DNA of 64,000 bases from positions 325-64,324 of the forward strand of contig MHKF01000018.1 in NCBI GenBank assembly GCA_001818315.1, read 5' to 3'. Source of the stretch: Candidatus Kerfeldbacteria bacterium RIFCSPLOWO2_02_FULL_42_19. GTDB lineage: Bacteria > Patescibacteriota > Patescibacteriia > HO2-48-17. The notes under the pieces are model-generated. The model was not told the origin of the DNA. It did not search any database and saw only the letters and a list, made by a program, of their open reading frames with translations. The position numbers and the translations under genes were made by a program. Shown here piece by piece: positions 19,339 through 28,216 of the stretch (position 1 is its first letter; every line of letters begins with the position of its first letter).

Positions 19339-19674
19339 TTAACATGGCGACTGTGAGACTGTGAAAGTCTCTATAATGATTTCCCCAGTCATGAAATCGC
19401 GCCATTCGATAGTATCCCCCTCGTACACTTCTACTTCCTCTACCGGAATTTGTTCTTGCACGTTATTGAGGAAATAAACCAAATTCGTTGATTTATATTC
19501 ACCAAGTCCTACGACTTTTCTGCCGCATGGCGAAGTCCAAAATTCTTCGGTGATCGCGATTCGTTCGACCGTGACGTCCGCTACAGTTCGTGATTGTGGA
19601 GTAGGGCATGTTTCGTTACCGAGGAGTACTCCCAATGATGTAAGGCAGACATGTAAGAATCCTCTTCTTTTCAT
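19339..19674 (-). CDS. Small secreted hypothetical protein
   Basis: Signal-like 'MKRRGFLHVCLTSLGVLLG'. First gene of the minus-strand secreted operon. Confidence 0.35.
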   Translation of the reverse strand: MKRRGFLHVCLTSLGVLLGNETCPTPQSRTVADVTVERIAITEEFWTSPCGRKVVGLGEYKSTNLVYFLNNVQEQIPVEEVEVYEGDTIEWRDFMTGEIIIETFTVSQSPC

Positions 19675-20042
19675 GTTTCCTTGAATACCTTGGCGGTCGT
19701 TTCTTCCATCATGCATCTGCTGTCTTTTTTGCATTTTTTTTCACTCCTTTTGTGAAAATGAAAAACCGCCTTGGCGGCGGCATCACTGTTTCCATTTTTT
19801 GAGAGACAATTTCGTTCGATTTATACAGGATGTTTCTTGCCGCCCTCCATTCCACGAGAGGGGGAAGTTTTATGAGTCACAAGATCAAGTGTCTGGCTTA
19901 TACTCGGGGCATCGCAAAGTTACTCGCCGAATATTTACAGTTGCGGGACAGCGGGGGAATTACACCCACCTTCCTTTTTCTTGAGACTGTTTGTGAAGGA
20001 CGTTATTTACACTGTATCATGAAGTATTGAACCGAGGCAAAT

Positions 20043-20204
20043 GGGACTGTCGCCGACTACCCTTTCTTATGCAATGTACAAAACAAAAGAGGAGGATAAC
20101 TCTCCTTTCTCAGCACACTGTGCAGTGTCAGTGCTTCGAAAGCGAGAGTTATCCTCCTCTTTTGTTTTGTGTTTTGAACAAGAAATACATTCGGTGACAG
20201 TTCC
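20043..20204. repeat. MITE-like palindromic element, copy 3
   Basis: Arms GGGACTGTCGCCGACTACC / ACATTCGGTGACAGTTCC. Core aaaagaggaggataactctcctttctcagcacactgtgcagtg...cctcctctttt. Confidence 0.65.
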
Positions 20205-20315
20205 AAATACATGGACGCGACGCCGATTTCGAAAAAGTATTTTTGTCACTGGAATATGAGTATGATACAATATTTGTGGAACGCTTATGTTCCAAGGTTC
20301 GAAAGGAGGTTATCA

Positions 20316-20536
20316 TGTATAGTCGTGACATTCAAGATCCTTGTCGGCTAGAAATTCAATGTCCGCAGTGCGAAAAAATGAACAGTTTATCTATCAAGAG
20401 GAGGGAAGATAATGTGTTCGATTTTTACTCACGTTACTGTTGGTCCTGTCGTAGTCTGTTTCCAGACGCACTTTTGGATGCATTACTGGTCGAATGTCTC
20501 GCGCTTCTTTTTCGTAAGACGACTCACGCTGTTTAG
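20316..20536 (+). CDS. Small zinc-ribbon protein
   Basis: AAGGAGG RBS 6 nt upstream of the ATG. 'CRLEIQCPQCEKMNS...YCWSCRSLF' (CxxC x2). Confidence 0.45.
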
Positions 20537-20590
20537 GCGAGGTTTGTGCAAGAACATTTTTGTAACTGGAGGGCTTGAATAGCTTTCCAG

Positions 20591-22843
20591 TTGCCTTTTT
20601 CAGAAGCCTATATGTCTTCTTTTCCATCATGGTATCGTCATTCTTCATTTGCAGCATTTGTAGTCGTTATTCTGGTCGGGATTATTGGCGTAGGCATTTT
20701 TGTGTTGCAACAATTTGGAGTATTGAAAAATTTTACACAAACATGGTCACGCAGTGCTTCTGTTGAACTCAATCAACCTATCGTGGAACACATTCAACAA
20801 CAAGGCGCTTTGAAGAAATTTTCGAGTTCCAAAGAATTACTCGCGTTTTTAGAGAAGCATTCCCGGAGCACGCCGCTGCTTCCAACAAACGTCCTCGCGC
20901 CTACACCTCTTGGTTTTGGTGATGGATTTGGGGGTGCAGTAGAAGACATTGCTTCCGTCCCAGCATATTCTCCGACGAATATTCAAGTACCCGGTGTCGA
21001 TGAAGCGGATATTATCAAAACAGATGGGAAATATATATACGTCGTTGTCGATCAGAATCTTTATATCGTCGAAGCGTATCCTCCTGAACAAGCCAAAATT
21101 GTCGCACGGATTTTTTTTGAAGGCGTGCCGAAAGAATTGTATATCCAGGACAATTTTCTTGCTGTATATGGTTTGGATTGGACCCCGTTAGATCAAGAAA
21201 TTTCTTTGAATCGCGCTTCTGAATTCACTTTTTTTCAAGTTTTTGACATTCAGGATAAGTCCAATCCGAAAAAAATTCGTGATCTTTCTTTTGAAGGTAC
21301 ATTTTTTACATCACGACGCGTTGGAGATTATGTGTATCTTGTTGTACAGCAATATGATGTCAACCCTGATCCCGTCATGCCTATTCCGTATGTTTTGGAA
21401 AACGGGAAAGCGCTTTCGACAGATTCCACAGTTTCGCCTTGCAATTGCCCTGATGTTTTTTACTTCGATAGTCCCTATAATTTTTATCAGTTTACAACGA
21501 TTGCGGTTGTCAATATGCGCAAGTACGAAGAAGTTTTTCAGCATCAGGTTTACCTTCTACCGGGCGCGACCTCTCCGTACGTTTCCAAAGACGCTCTGTA
21601 TTTGACGTATACCAAATATATTGAACCTGATGAGTTGAGTTTTGAGGTCTTGATGGAGCGCATGTTTGATCGTTTGAGTCAAGATGCGAAAAATACTGTT
21701 TGGAATATTGAGCGTGTCGATGAGATGATTCTTTCGACTCAAGAAAAACGTTGGAAAATTTTGGAAGTATTCGGAAAATTCCGAGCGAGTCTTACGGGCG
21801 AGGAACGCACGCGTTACGACGACGAAGTCACCGCTGGTTTGAAGGCGAAGTACAAGGAAATTAGTGATAAGCTCGAAGTGACTGTGATTCATAAATTTAA
21901 GCTCGATAGCGCACGTGTTGTTTCGGTTGGCGTGGCGGAGGTGACTGGACGGGTGAATGATCAGTTTTCTATGGATGAGTCTGGCGGGTATTTTCGCATT
22001 GCGACCACAAAGGGTCCATTTTTTGCGGAATTTGTTGAAGATCCGCAGCGAACTTCGTGGAGTAATGTGTATGTGTTGGATGAAAAAATGAAAGTTGTCG
22101 GTCGCCTGGAGGGCCTCGCGAAGGGTGAAAGTATTTTTGCATCGCGTTTCTTAGGCAATCGTGTGTATCTTGTTACGTTTGAGCAAATGGATCCTCTCTT
22201 TGCGATTGATCTTTCGGATCCACGTCAACCTACCTTACTTGGGGAATTAAAACTTCCTGGATTTTCCACCTATCTTCATCCTTACAATGAAAATATCCTC
22301 ATCGGACTTGGTCATGAAACGAGCTTGGGGGAAAGCGACGCAGTAAATGTCGAGGGCCTGAAAGTTTCATTGTTTGATGTGTCGAATGTTCAAGAGTTAC
22401 GCGAGATTGATAGCTATGTGATCGGAGGTGTTGGAAGTGATTCTGAAGCATTGCGCGAACACAAAGCTTTTCTTTTCTCGAAGGAAAAGAATCTTCTCGT
22501 GTTTCCAGCACAACTGCAAAAAGTTGACTCTTCTGATTACGAACCTGTATTCGAGTTTTTAGGAGCGCTTGTATTTAATATCAATGAAAACGGAATTGAA
22601 TTGCGTGAACGTGTGAATCATAGCTTCAATCCCATATCCAATGATCCTGCGCTTACCCCTTCTGATTTTACAACTTCCATTACACGTAGCCTTTTTATCG
22701 ATGATGTGCTCTATACTTTTTCTGCTACTATGTTACAGGCTCATTCTTTAGATGATGTGTCGGAAAAAGCTCGTGTGCAGTTTCCTTCGGCTTTTGTGCC
22801 ATCACAGTTTCCTGAACCAGAAGAAATTCCTTCGAGTTTATGA
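20591..22843 (+). CDS. Membrane-anchored beta-propeller-domain protein (PF09826-like)
   Basis: N-terminal TM. C-terminal 'FASRFLGNRVYLVTFEQMDPLFAIDLSDPRQPTLLGELKLPGFSTYLHPY' resembles the Beta_propel family. Confidence 0.55.
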   Translation: MPFSEAYMSSFPSWYRHSSFAAFVVVILVGIIGVGIFVLQQFGVLKNFTQTWSRSASVELNQPIVEHIQQQGALKKFSSSKELLAFLEKHSRSTPLLPTNVLAPTPLGFGDGFGGAVEDIASVPAYSPTNIQVPGVDEADIIKTDGKYIYVVVDQNLYIVEAYPPEQAKIVARIFFEGVPKELYIQDNFLAVYGLDWTPLDQEISLNRASEFTFFQVFDIQDKSNPKKIRDLSFEGTFFTSRRVGDYVYLVVQQYDVNPDPVMPIPYVLENGKALSTDSTVSPCNCPDVFYFDSPYNFYQFTTIAVVNMRKYEEVFQHQVYLLPGATSPYVSKDALYLTYTKYIEPDELSFEVLMERMFDRLSQDAKNTVWNIERVDEMILSTQEKRWKILEVFGKFRASLTGEERTRYDDEVTAGLKAKYKEISDKLEVTVIHKFKLDSARVVSVGVAEVTGRVNDQFSMDESGGYFRIATTKGPFFAEFVEDPQRTSWSNVYVLDEKMKVVGRLEGLAKGESIFASRFLGNRVYLVTFEQMDPLFAIDLSDPRQPTLLGELKLPGFSTYLHPYNENILIGLGHETSLGESDAVNVEGLKVSLFDVSNVQELREIDSYVIGGVGSDSEALREHKAFLFSKEKNLLVFPAQLQKVDSSDYEPVFEFLGALVFNINENGIELRERVNHSFNPISNDPALTPSDFTTSITRSLFIDDVLYTFSATMLQAHSLDDVSEKARVQFPSAFVPSQFPEPEEIPSSL

Positions 22844-23571
22844 CGGATGCGACTGCCGCTCCTATTCATATTCCGCCTCGTAAGCCACGTACTCCACAGG
22901 CGAAATATATTCGGAGTATTGTGTACGGAGGTCTTGACGGTACGATTACAACTTTTGCAATTGTCGCTGGAGTCTCGGGTGCTCACCTGTCGTCTCAAAT
23001 ACTGCTCATTCTTGGTGTTGCGAATTTGATTGCTGACGGAGTTTCGATGGCCTTTGGAGATTTCTTGAGCACAGCAGCCGAACAGGAATATCGTGATGCC
23101 GAACGTCGTTACGAAGCGTGGGAACTGTATCACCGGCCCGAGCATGAGAAAAAAGAAATCATTACTTTTTATCGTGAGAAGGGGATGTCGAAAAAGGATG
23201 CGCAACAACTTGCAGATATTTTTTTCAAATATCCACAAAGTACGTTAGATCTTATGATGATCGAAGAGCACGGAATTTTACCGAATCAAGCATCGGCGTG
23301 GAAGAACGCTCTTTATACTTTTGGCGCTTTTGTCGTTTTTGGTTTTGTTCCCGTCCTCACATATGTGATCGATTTTTTTGCACATGATGTTGTGTATACA
23401 TTTTTTATAGCGAGTATGTTGACGGGTATCACTTTATTTGTCCTTGGCGCGCTCAAAACAAGAATCACCGGCGTTGCTTGGTTTCGTGCGGGACTCAAAA
23501 TGTTATTGGTTGGAGGATTTGCTGCAGCGCTTTCCTATAGCATCGGTGCTTTATTAGCAATGTTGCTATGA
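22840..23571 (+). CDS. VIT1/CCC1-family Fe/Mn transporter
   Basis: 'SIVYGGLDGTITTFAIVAGVSGA' plus 'MAFGDFLS...EQEY'. Polytopic. Confidence 0.8.
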   Translation: MTDATAAPIHIPPRKPRTPQAKYIRSIVYGGLDGTITTFAIVAGVSGAHLSSQILLILGVANLIADGVSMAFGDFLSTAAEQEYRDAERRYEAWELYHRPEHEKKEIITFYREKGMSKKDAQQLADIFFKYPQSTLDLMMIEEHGILPNQASAWKNALYTFGAFVVFGFVPVLTYVIDFFAHDVVYTFFIASMLTGITLFVLGALKTRITGVAWFRAGLKMLLVGGFAAALSYSIGALLAMLL

Positions 23572-23864
23572 TGATATTCGGCAACAGCTTTAAGATATTT
23601 CAAAAAATTTCGTTGCGATTTGTTCTGCGCGGCTGTTTGTTTTTTTTGCTGGTGATATTCTTCGCCTCTGGTTGTGTACGTACGTTTTTACCTGATTCGA
23701 ATCAAACCGGTTCTGGTAATGCAAATGTTGTTGCCAATACAAATAACGCCGCTGCGAATACTAACGCGACAGTCGTTTGTCTGACCGATGTTCGGCAGTG
23801 TCCTGACGGTTCTTTTGTGCCTCGTTTGCCACCAACCTGTGCTTTTGCGCCGTGTCCAGAGTAG
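23568..23864 (+). CDS. Small secreted Cys-containing protein
   Basis: Signal/TM, 'ASGC', C-terminal 'CLTDVRQCPDGS...CAFAPCPE'. Confidence 0.35.
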   Translation: MMIFGNSFKIFQKISLRFVLRGCLFFLLVIFFASGCVRTFLPDSNQTGSGNANVVANTNNAAANTNATVVCLTDVRQCPDGSFVPRLPPTCAFAPCPE

Positions 23865-23887
23865 TACAACATGTACCTTCTCTTAAA

Positions 23888-24069
23888 GACTGTCGCCGCA
23901 TACGCTTTTGTTTGTAAAAATATATTTGATCATAGAAAAAAGAGGAGGAAGACTATAACTTTCGAAGTACTAACAATACACAGTGTGCTGAGAAAGGAGA
24001 GTCTTCCTCCTCTTTTTTCTTTAAATAAACTTCACTTTTCAAATACAAGAGCGCATTCGGCAACAGCCC
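23888..24069. repeat. MITE-like palindromic element, copy 4 (near-identical to copy 5)
   Basis: About 150 bp share all but 1-2 positions with 24867-25050. Right arm gcgcattcggcaacagccc overlaps the SGNH hydrolase stop. Confidence 0.7.
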
Positions 24070-24881
24070 TAGAGTTGAATCACTTTCATTAATTCCTTGA
24101 ACCAGAGGGCATACCCCGCACTGCTCGGATGCAAACCGTCAGGCGCATAGAATTTTTGTGGCTTTTGTGCAAACGGATCATTCGTTCTCTCGTGCAACAG
24201 ATCCACAAAAATCACTGCGTTTTCCTGCGCCTGCTTGGATAAGACGTCGCGTACTTTTTTTGATCGTCTTTCAAATAACCAGCGGACTGCCTGCGGAATC
24301 ATCGGCGCGGATCCAAGATTTCCTGCTGGCATGAGGATGACAGCACGACTTCGCTTTTTACTTTCTTCAAGTATTGTATTTGTATCATCTGTGAGATTTT
24401 GGAGATTGGTAAAATGCAACGCGTCGTTTCCACCGAGCATCACCATGAGGATATCGTATGATTCTTTTATTTGTGTAATGCTTTGCAATCCGTCGTGTAT
24501 TCGATCGCCGCTCGTTGAAAAATTGGTAATTTCTGCTTCCGGAAAGATGTTGCCTAGTCGTCCGGCTATTGAATCGGACGGACTGTTTGAACCTATCCCA
24601 ATGCCGGTACTGTCACCGATGATGAGTATACGAAGCGTTGGTTGCTTCAGTTTTTGTTCGTAGGGTAGCGTTCTTGCGATGAGAATTTTAGAAATTGTTG
24701 CGAATTTTTTTACTTTGACGATTTCTAATGTTGTAATTGCGATCGCAACAACCGCAAGGCCTAATATCAGATATCGAAAAATTTTCATACATTTTGTATA
24801 GACTTGTTCTTGCAAAATTTTTTGTGCCTGTATTATATCACAAGTACGCCGAGGCTTTGTTTTTGTGGGCTTTCGCCACAT
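24069..24881 (-). CDS. SGNH/GDSL-family hydrolase (secreted or membrane-anchored)
   Basis: 'ILIIGDSTG' (GDSx), 'GGNDA', 'DGLHP'. Likely start MKIFRYLILGLAVV at about 24787. Both gene ends abut near-identical repeat copies. Confidence 0.8.
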   Translation of the reverse strand: MWRKPTKTKPRRTCDIIQAQKILQEQVYTKCMKIFRYLILGLAVVAIAITTLEIVKVKKFATISKILIARTLPYEQKLKQPTLRILIIGDSTGIGIGSNSPSDSIAGRLGNIFPEAEITNFSTSGDRIHDGLQSITQIKESYDILMVMLGGNDALHFTNLQNLTDDTNTILEESKKRSRAVILMPAGNLGSAPMIPQAVRWLFERRSKKVRDVLSKQAQENAVIFVDLLHERTNDPFAQKPQKFYAPDGLHPSSAGYALWFKELMKVIQL

Positions 24882-25050
24882 ACGCTTTTGTTTGTAAAAA
24901 TATATTTGATCATAGAAAAAAGAGGAGGAAGACTATAACTTTCGAAGTACTAACAATACACAGTGTGCTGAGAAAGGAGAGTCTTCCTCCTCTTTTTTCT
25001 TTAAATAAACTTCATTTTTCAAATACAAAAGCGTATGCGGCCACAGCCCC
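24867..25050. repeat. MITE-like palindromic element, copy 5
   Basis: Direct repeat of copy 4 on the other side of the SGNH hydrolase gene. Confidence 0.7.
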
Positions 25051-25123
25051 CTGAAAATGCCTTTGTTGCTTCGACAGTTTGTGTTATACTGACACAATTC
25101 TTTCGATTATTCATTTTTGTTTT

Positions 25124-26236
25124 ATGTTTTCTGCGAGACTCAAGGTTCTGCAAAAAATGCTGCGTGATCGAAATGCGCAAGCTTTTTTTATTACCAATCC
25201 TGTACATATTTTTTATTGCACCGGTTTTGTTGGTCTTGTGCCGACCGAACGCGAATCAACACTTCTTGTCACGGTTGAAGATATCTTTCTGTATGTACCT
25301 GCGATGTATGAAACACAGGCGCGAGCGTGTTCGACAGTGCAGGGAGGTCTTGTGCAACTTTCTGTTGCGCGTGAACGCGACGGTCTTTTGAAGCTCTTCG
25401 CTGCGGATGTAGCGCAACACTCCAGTATTTTATTCGAAAGTAACAATCTGAGTGTCGCGGAGTGGAAGCGAATGGAAAACTATGCCCAGCTGCGATTAGT
25501 TCCAGAAGACGGTTTTTTAGAAAATATGCGCCTTCTTAAAGATCAGCAGGAACTTGAGGTATTGCGCACGGCGGTTCGTATCGGTGACGAAGTCTTTCAA
25601 GACACCGTACATTTTTTGCAGCGCAATAATTATACGCAGCTTTTTGAATTTGATATCGCGCAGATGCTTTTGACTTTTGGGCGCAAACGCGGTGCCGATA
25701 GTTTTAGTTTTGATCCGATTGTTGCCGTTGGTTCAGGAAGTGCTGAACCACACTATTTTACTGGCGCAAAAAAATTACAAAAAGGATTGCCGCTCTTACT
25801 TGATTTTGGGTTTCGCTATAAAGGGTATTGTTCAGATCTCACTCGTACGGTGTATCTTGGCAAAGCGTCTGAACGTTTTCGGCAAATGTATGGATTTGTT
25901 TTAGCATCTAATCAAGTAGGTATCTCCAGTTGTAAGTCTCACGTGACTACTAGGAGTGTGTATGATGCTGCTAATCGTGTTTTTCAAGAACAGCGTCTTG
26001 AAAAACATTTTATTCACGGTCTTGGACACGGTATTGGTTTGCAAGTTCATGAACCGCCTTATGCGCGTGCGGATATGGATACTGTTCTTGCTCCTGGTAT
26101 GACGTTGACTATTGAACCCGGTCTTTATTTTGAGAAAGAATTTGGTATTCGCATTGAAGATCTTACGGTCATAACTTCGAATGGATGCGAAGTGCTGTCT
26201 ACTCGGAGTGAGAAACACTTGATTGAGATTATTTAA
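25124..26236 (+). CDS. M24-family Xaa-Pro aminopeptidase/dipeptidase
   Basis: 'HGLGHGIGLQVHEPPY', 'IEPGLYF', 'IRIEDLTVIT'. Confidence 0.85.
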   Translation: MFSARLKVLQKMLRDRNAQAFFITNPVHIFYCTGFVGLVPTERESTLLVTVEDIFLYVPAMYETQARACSTVQGGLVQLSVARERDGLLKLFAADVAQHSSILFESNNLSVAEWKRMENYAQLRLVPEDGFLENMRLLKDQQELEVLRTAVRIGDEVFQDTVHFLQRNNYTQLFEFDIAQMLLTFGRKRGADSFSFDPIVAVGSGSAEPHYFTGAKKLQKGLPLLLDFGFRYKGYCSDLTRTVYLGKASERFRQMYGFVLASNQVGISSCKSHVTTRSVYDAANRVFQEQRLEKHFIHGLGHGIGLQVHEPPYARADMDTVLAPGMTLTIEPGLYFEKEFGIRIEDLTVITSNGCEVLSTRSEKHLIEII

Positions 26237-26237
26237 T

Positions 26238-26353
26238 GGGACTGTCGCCGAATACCATAGCTTATTTTAGTCAAATAAACCTCCTCGCTTTTCAATTTTT
26301 TCGCTCAAAATTTTCATTTTTCACAGACGAAAGCGTATTCGGCGACAGTCCCT
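26238..26353. repeat. MITE-like palindromic element, copy 6 (arms with a different interior)
   Basis: GGGACTGTCGCCGAATACC ... GAAAGCGTATTCGGCGACAGTCCC. Fills the gap between convergent M24 peptidase and DUF43 genes and contains the DUF43 stop. Confidence 0.7.
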
Positions 26354-27083
26354 GAGTATAGAAAGCGGTTCGATGTTGGTCGAGTTGGCGAATGTTGATG
26401 CGCGATGTAGGTTGTAGAATATACAGATCGCTCTTTGAACCGATACTTTTTGCTTCGTAATACGCATTGAATCCCCGTATTTTTTCTTGAATAATCAACC
26501 CGAGGTCGGTAATAATTTTTTGAATTTTTAATCCTCGCTCGGTACTTTGATCAGTATATCCGTAACAAAGGAGATAATATTTTTGCGCGAGGAGTTTTGG
26601 ATTTTTTCGCGCTTTGTTTGTTCCTTTTCCTATGCTTGCTTCGAGCGCGCGAAGAAGCCACGTATGTACCGCTTGTGGCGTATAGGGTGGATCGAAAAAA
26701 ATAATATCATAACCGCACAGCTGTGATCTTTGTAGCGGATTTCGGAGGTCGTGTTCAATGCATTGTATGTCAAGCTTTTCATTGGTAGCTATATGTTGAA
26801 TATAGCCGAGGAGTTTTTTATCTATATCAATAACGGTGATAGTTTGTGTTTTGTATAACAGCGCAAGCGCGATAGAAGTAACATCATCGTCGCCTAAAAA
26901 AAGTATTCTCTTTTTTGCAAAATGCGTGAGTTCAGCGATACGTTGTACTCTTTTGAGAACCGTGTGTTCTTTTGCGAAGAATTGATCGAGCTCACGTTGA
27001 GGTTTTGGTCGCTCGCATTTGTAACGATTGAGAAGAATTGTAAACTCTGTACAAGCAAATTGCGAGAGAGGTTGATGAGCCAT
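26292..27083 (-). CDS. DUF43-like SAM-dependent methyltransferase-fold protein (possible polyamine aminopropyltransferase)
   Basis: 'ILFLGDDDVTSIALAL', 'VIDIDKKLL', 'IIFFDPPYT'. The last ~20 codons and the stop lie inside a MITE-like repeat. Confidence 0.4.
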   Translation of the reverse strand: MAHQPLSQFACTEFTILLNRYKCERPKPQRELDQFFAKEHTVLKRVQRIAELTHFAKKRILFLGDDDVTSIALALLYKTQTITVIDIDKKLLGYIQHIATNEKLDIQCIEHDLRNPLQRSQLCGYDIIFFDPPYTPQAVHTWLLRALEASIGKGTNKARKNPKLLAQKYYLLCYGYTDQSTERGLKIQKIITDLGLIIQEKIRGFNAYYEAKSIGSKSDLYILQPTSRINIRQLDQHRTAFYTQGLSPNTLSSVKNENFERKN

Positions 27084-27137
27084 AATTGTATCGACGTTTC
27101 AGTGTGATTATGATACCTTAGAGGGAGTGACTTTTCT

Positions 27138-27326
27138 ATGACATCGTCTCTATTTTATAAAGAATATCGTTGCCCGAATGATCAAAAGTTGCTTTTTAAA
27201 GGCATACTTATTAATAGTGAGGTAGAGGTAAAGTGTCGCCTGTGTAAGCAGCTTATTTTGATACAGGGCGAAGCTGAAAATAAGTATATTTGCAAAAAAC
27301 ACGATTGTCCATTTCGAGCAATATAA
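27138..27326 (+). CDS. Com-like zinc-ribbon protein (Mu Com family)
   Basis: 'YRCPNDQKLLFKGILINSEVEVKCRLCK' parallels Mu Com 'RCKNCNKLLFKA...IEIRCPRCK'. The second Cys of the first knuckle is replaced. Confidence 0.45.
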   Translation: MTSSLFYKEYRCPNDQKLLFKGILINSEVEVKCRLCKQLILIQGEAENKYICKKHDCPFRAI

Positions 27327-27380
27327 GGATCGCCGGGGATGTCAGCATCTTTCTTATGTTATTTTTATGACTCGTCCGTC

Positions 27381-28013
27381 TTATTTCAGTTGCGCCTTTT
27401 TGTGATATCTTTTTGTCGTCGCGTGTGAAGCGAGGAAGGGAAAAATGATACTTAAGAAACTCATGAATGCGACGATAGTGAAAACGAGTTGGAAACCAAA
27501 GACTTCTGCTATTATTCCACCGAGGAATCCAGTGATTCCGGCTGCGATTCCAAGTATAGTACTATCTAATGCCCATTCTGTTCCTTCTTTTCCTTTATCG
27601 ATGTGACGTGTAAAAATTGCGCCCCAGGCGGGGATGATTAATGCAAAACCGAGCGCCGCAATAAACTGTACAATGTAGAGATGCAAGGGTTTCGTTATGC
27701 TTATAAAAAGCAAAGAAGCAATACCCACAATGATCTGTCCAAGTATGATCGCTCTGTAATCATCTTGTTCGCCTGGGTTCTTATCGAGTACGTGCGCGAT
27801 TGGAATTTGTAGTATTGATTTTGAGATCCAGTAGATAGCCGCTGCAATTCCGACCATCGCCGCACTTCCACCGGGTATTTTTTTTGTAATAAAAATCGCA
27901 AAAATCGGTTCAATCAAACCCCACGCTGCAAAGAGAATGAAATCTGATGCAATGAGATATCGTATGGTGTTATTCAGAGAAAAACGAAGCATATTTTTAT
28001 CTTTAGAACTCAT
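27381..28013 (-). CDS. Polytopic membrane protein, function unknown
   Basis: About 6 TM helices. Confidence 0.45.
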   Translation of the reverse strand: MSSKDKNMLRFSLNNTIRYLIASDFILFAAWGLIEPIFAIFITKKIPGGSAAMVGIAAAIYWISKSILQIPIAHVLDKNPGEQDDYRAIILGQIIVGIASLLFISITKPLHLYIVQFIAALGFALIIPAWGAIFTRHIDKGKEGTEWALDSTILGIAAGITGFLGGIIAEVFGFQLVFTIVAFMSFLSIIFPFLASHATTKRYHKKAQLK

Positions 28014-28099
28014 CTACAAGTCCGCTCATTCATTACAGACTTCGTAGATTGTATGTTATACTTTCTGTGTAAAATTTTTATACGAAAGGAGGGGTGCAT

Positions 28100-28162
28100 A
28101 TGTCAGAAGAGACATGTTCAGGCTGCGGGAATCCTATGAGCTCTTGCACCTGCAGCAACTAG
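28100..28162 (+). CDS. Cys-rich micro-protein, 20 aa (MSEETCSGCGNPMSSCTCSN)
   Basis: AAGGAGGGG RBS 7 nt upstream of the ATG. Immediately followed by a hairpin. Not in the ORF track because it is under 60 aa. Confidence 0.4.
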   Translation: MSEETCSGCGNPMSSCTCSN

Positions 28163-28171
28163 TCAACGACG

Positions 28172-28216
28172 AAATCCGCGGTTGATATGATCGCGGATTT
28201 TGCATCTTTCTTTTTT
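28172..28216. terminator. Bidirectional terminator hairpin between convergent genes
   Basis: aaatccgcg-gttgatatgat-cgcggattt followed by a T-rich tract. Confidence 0.45.
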
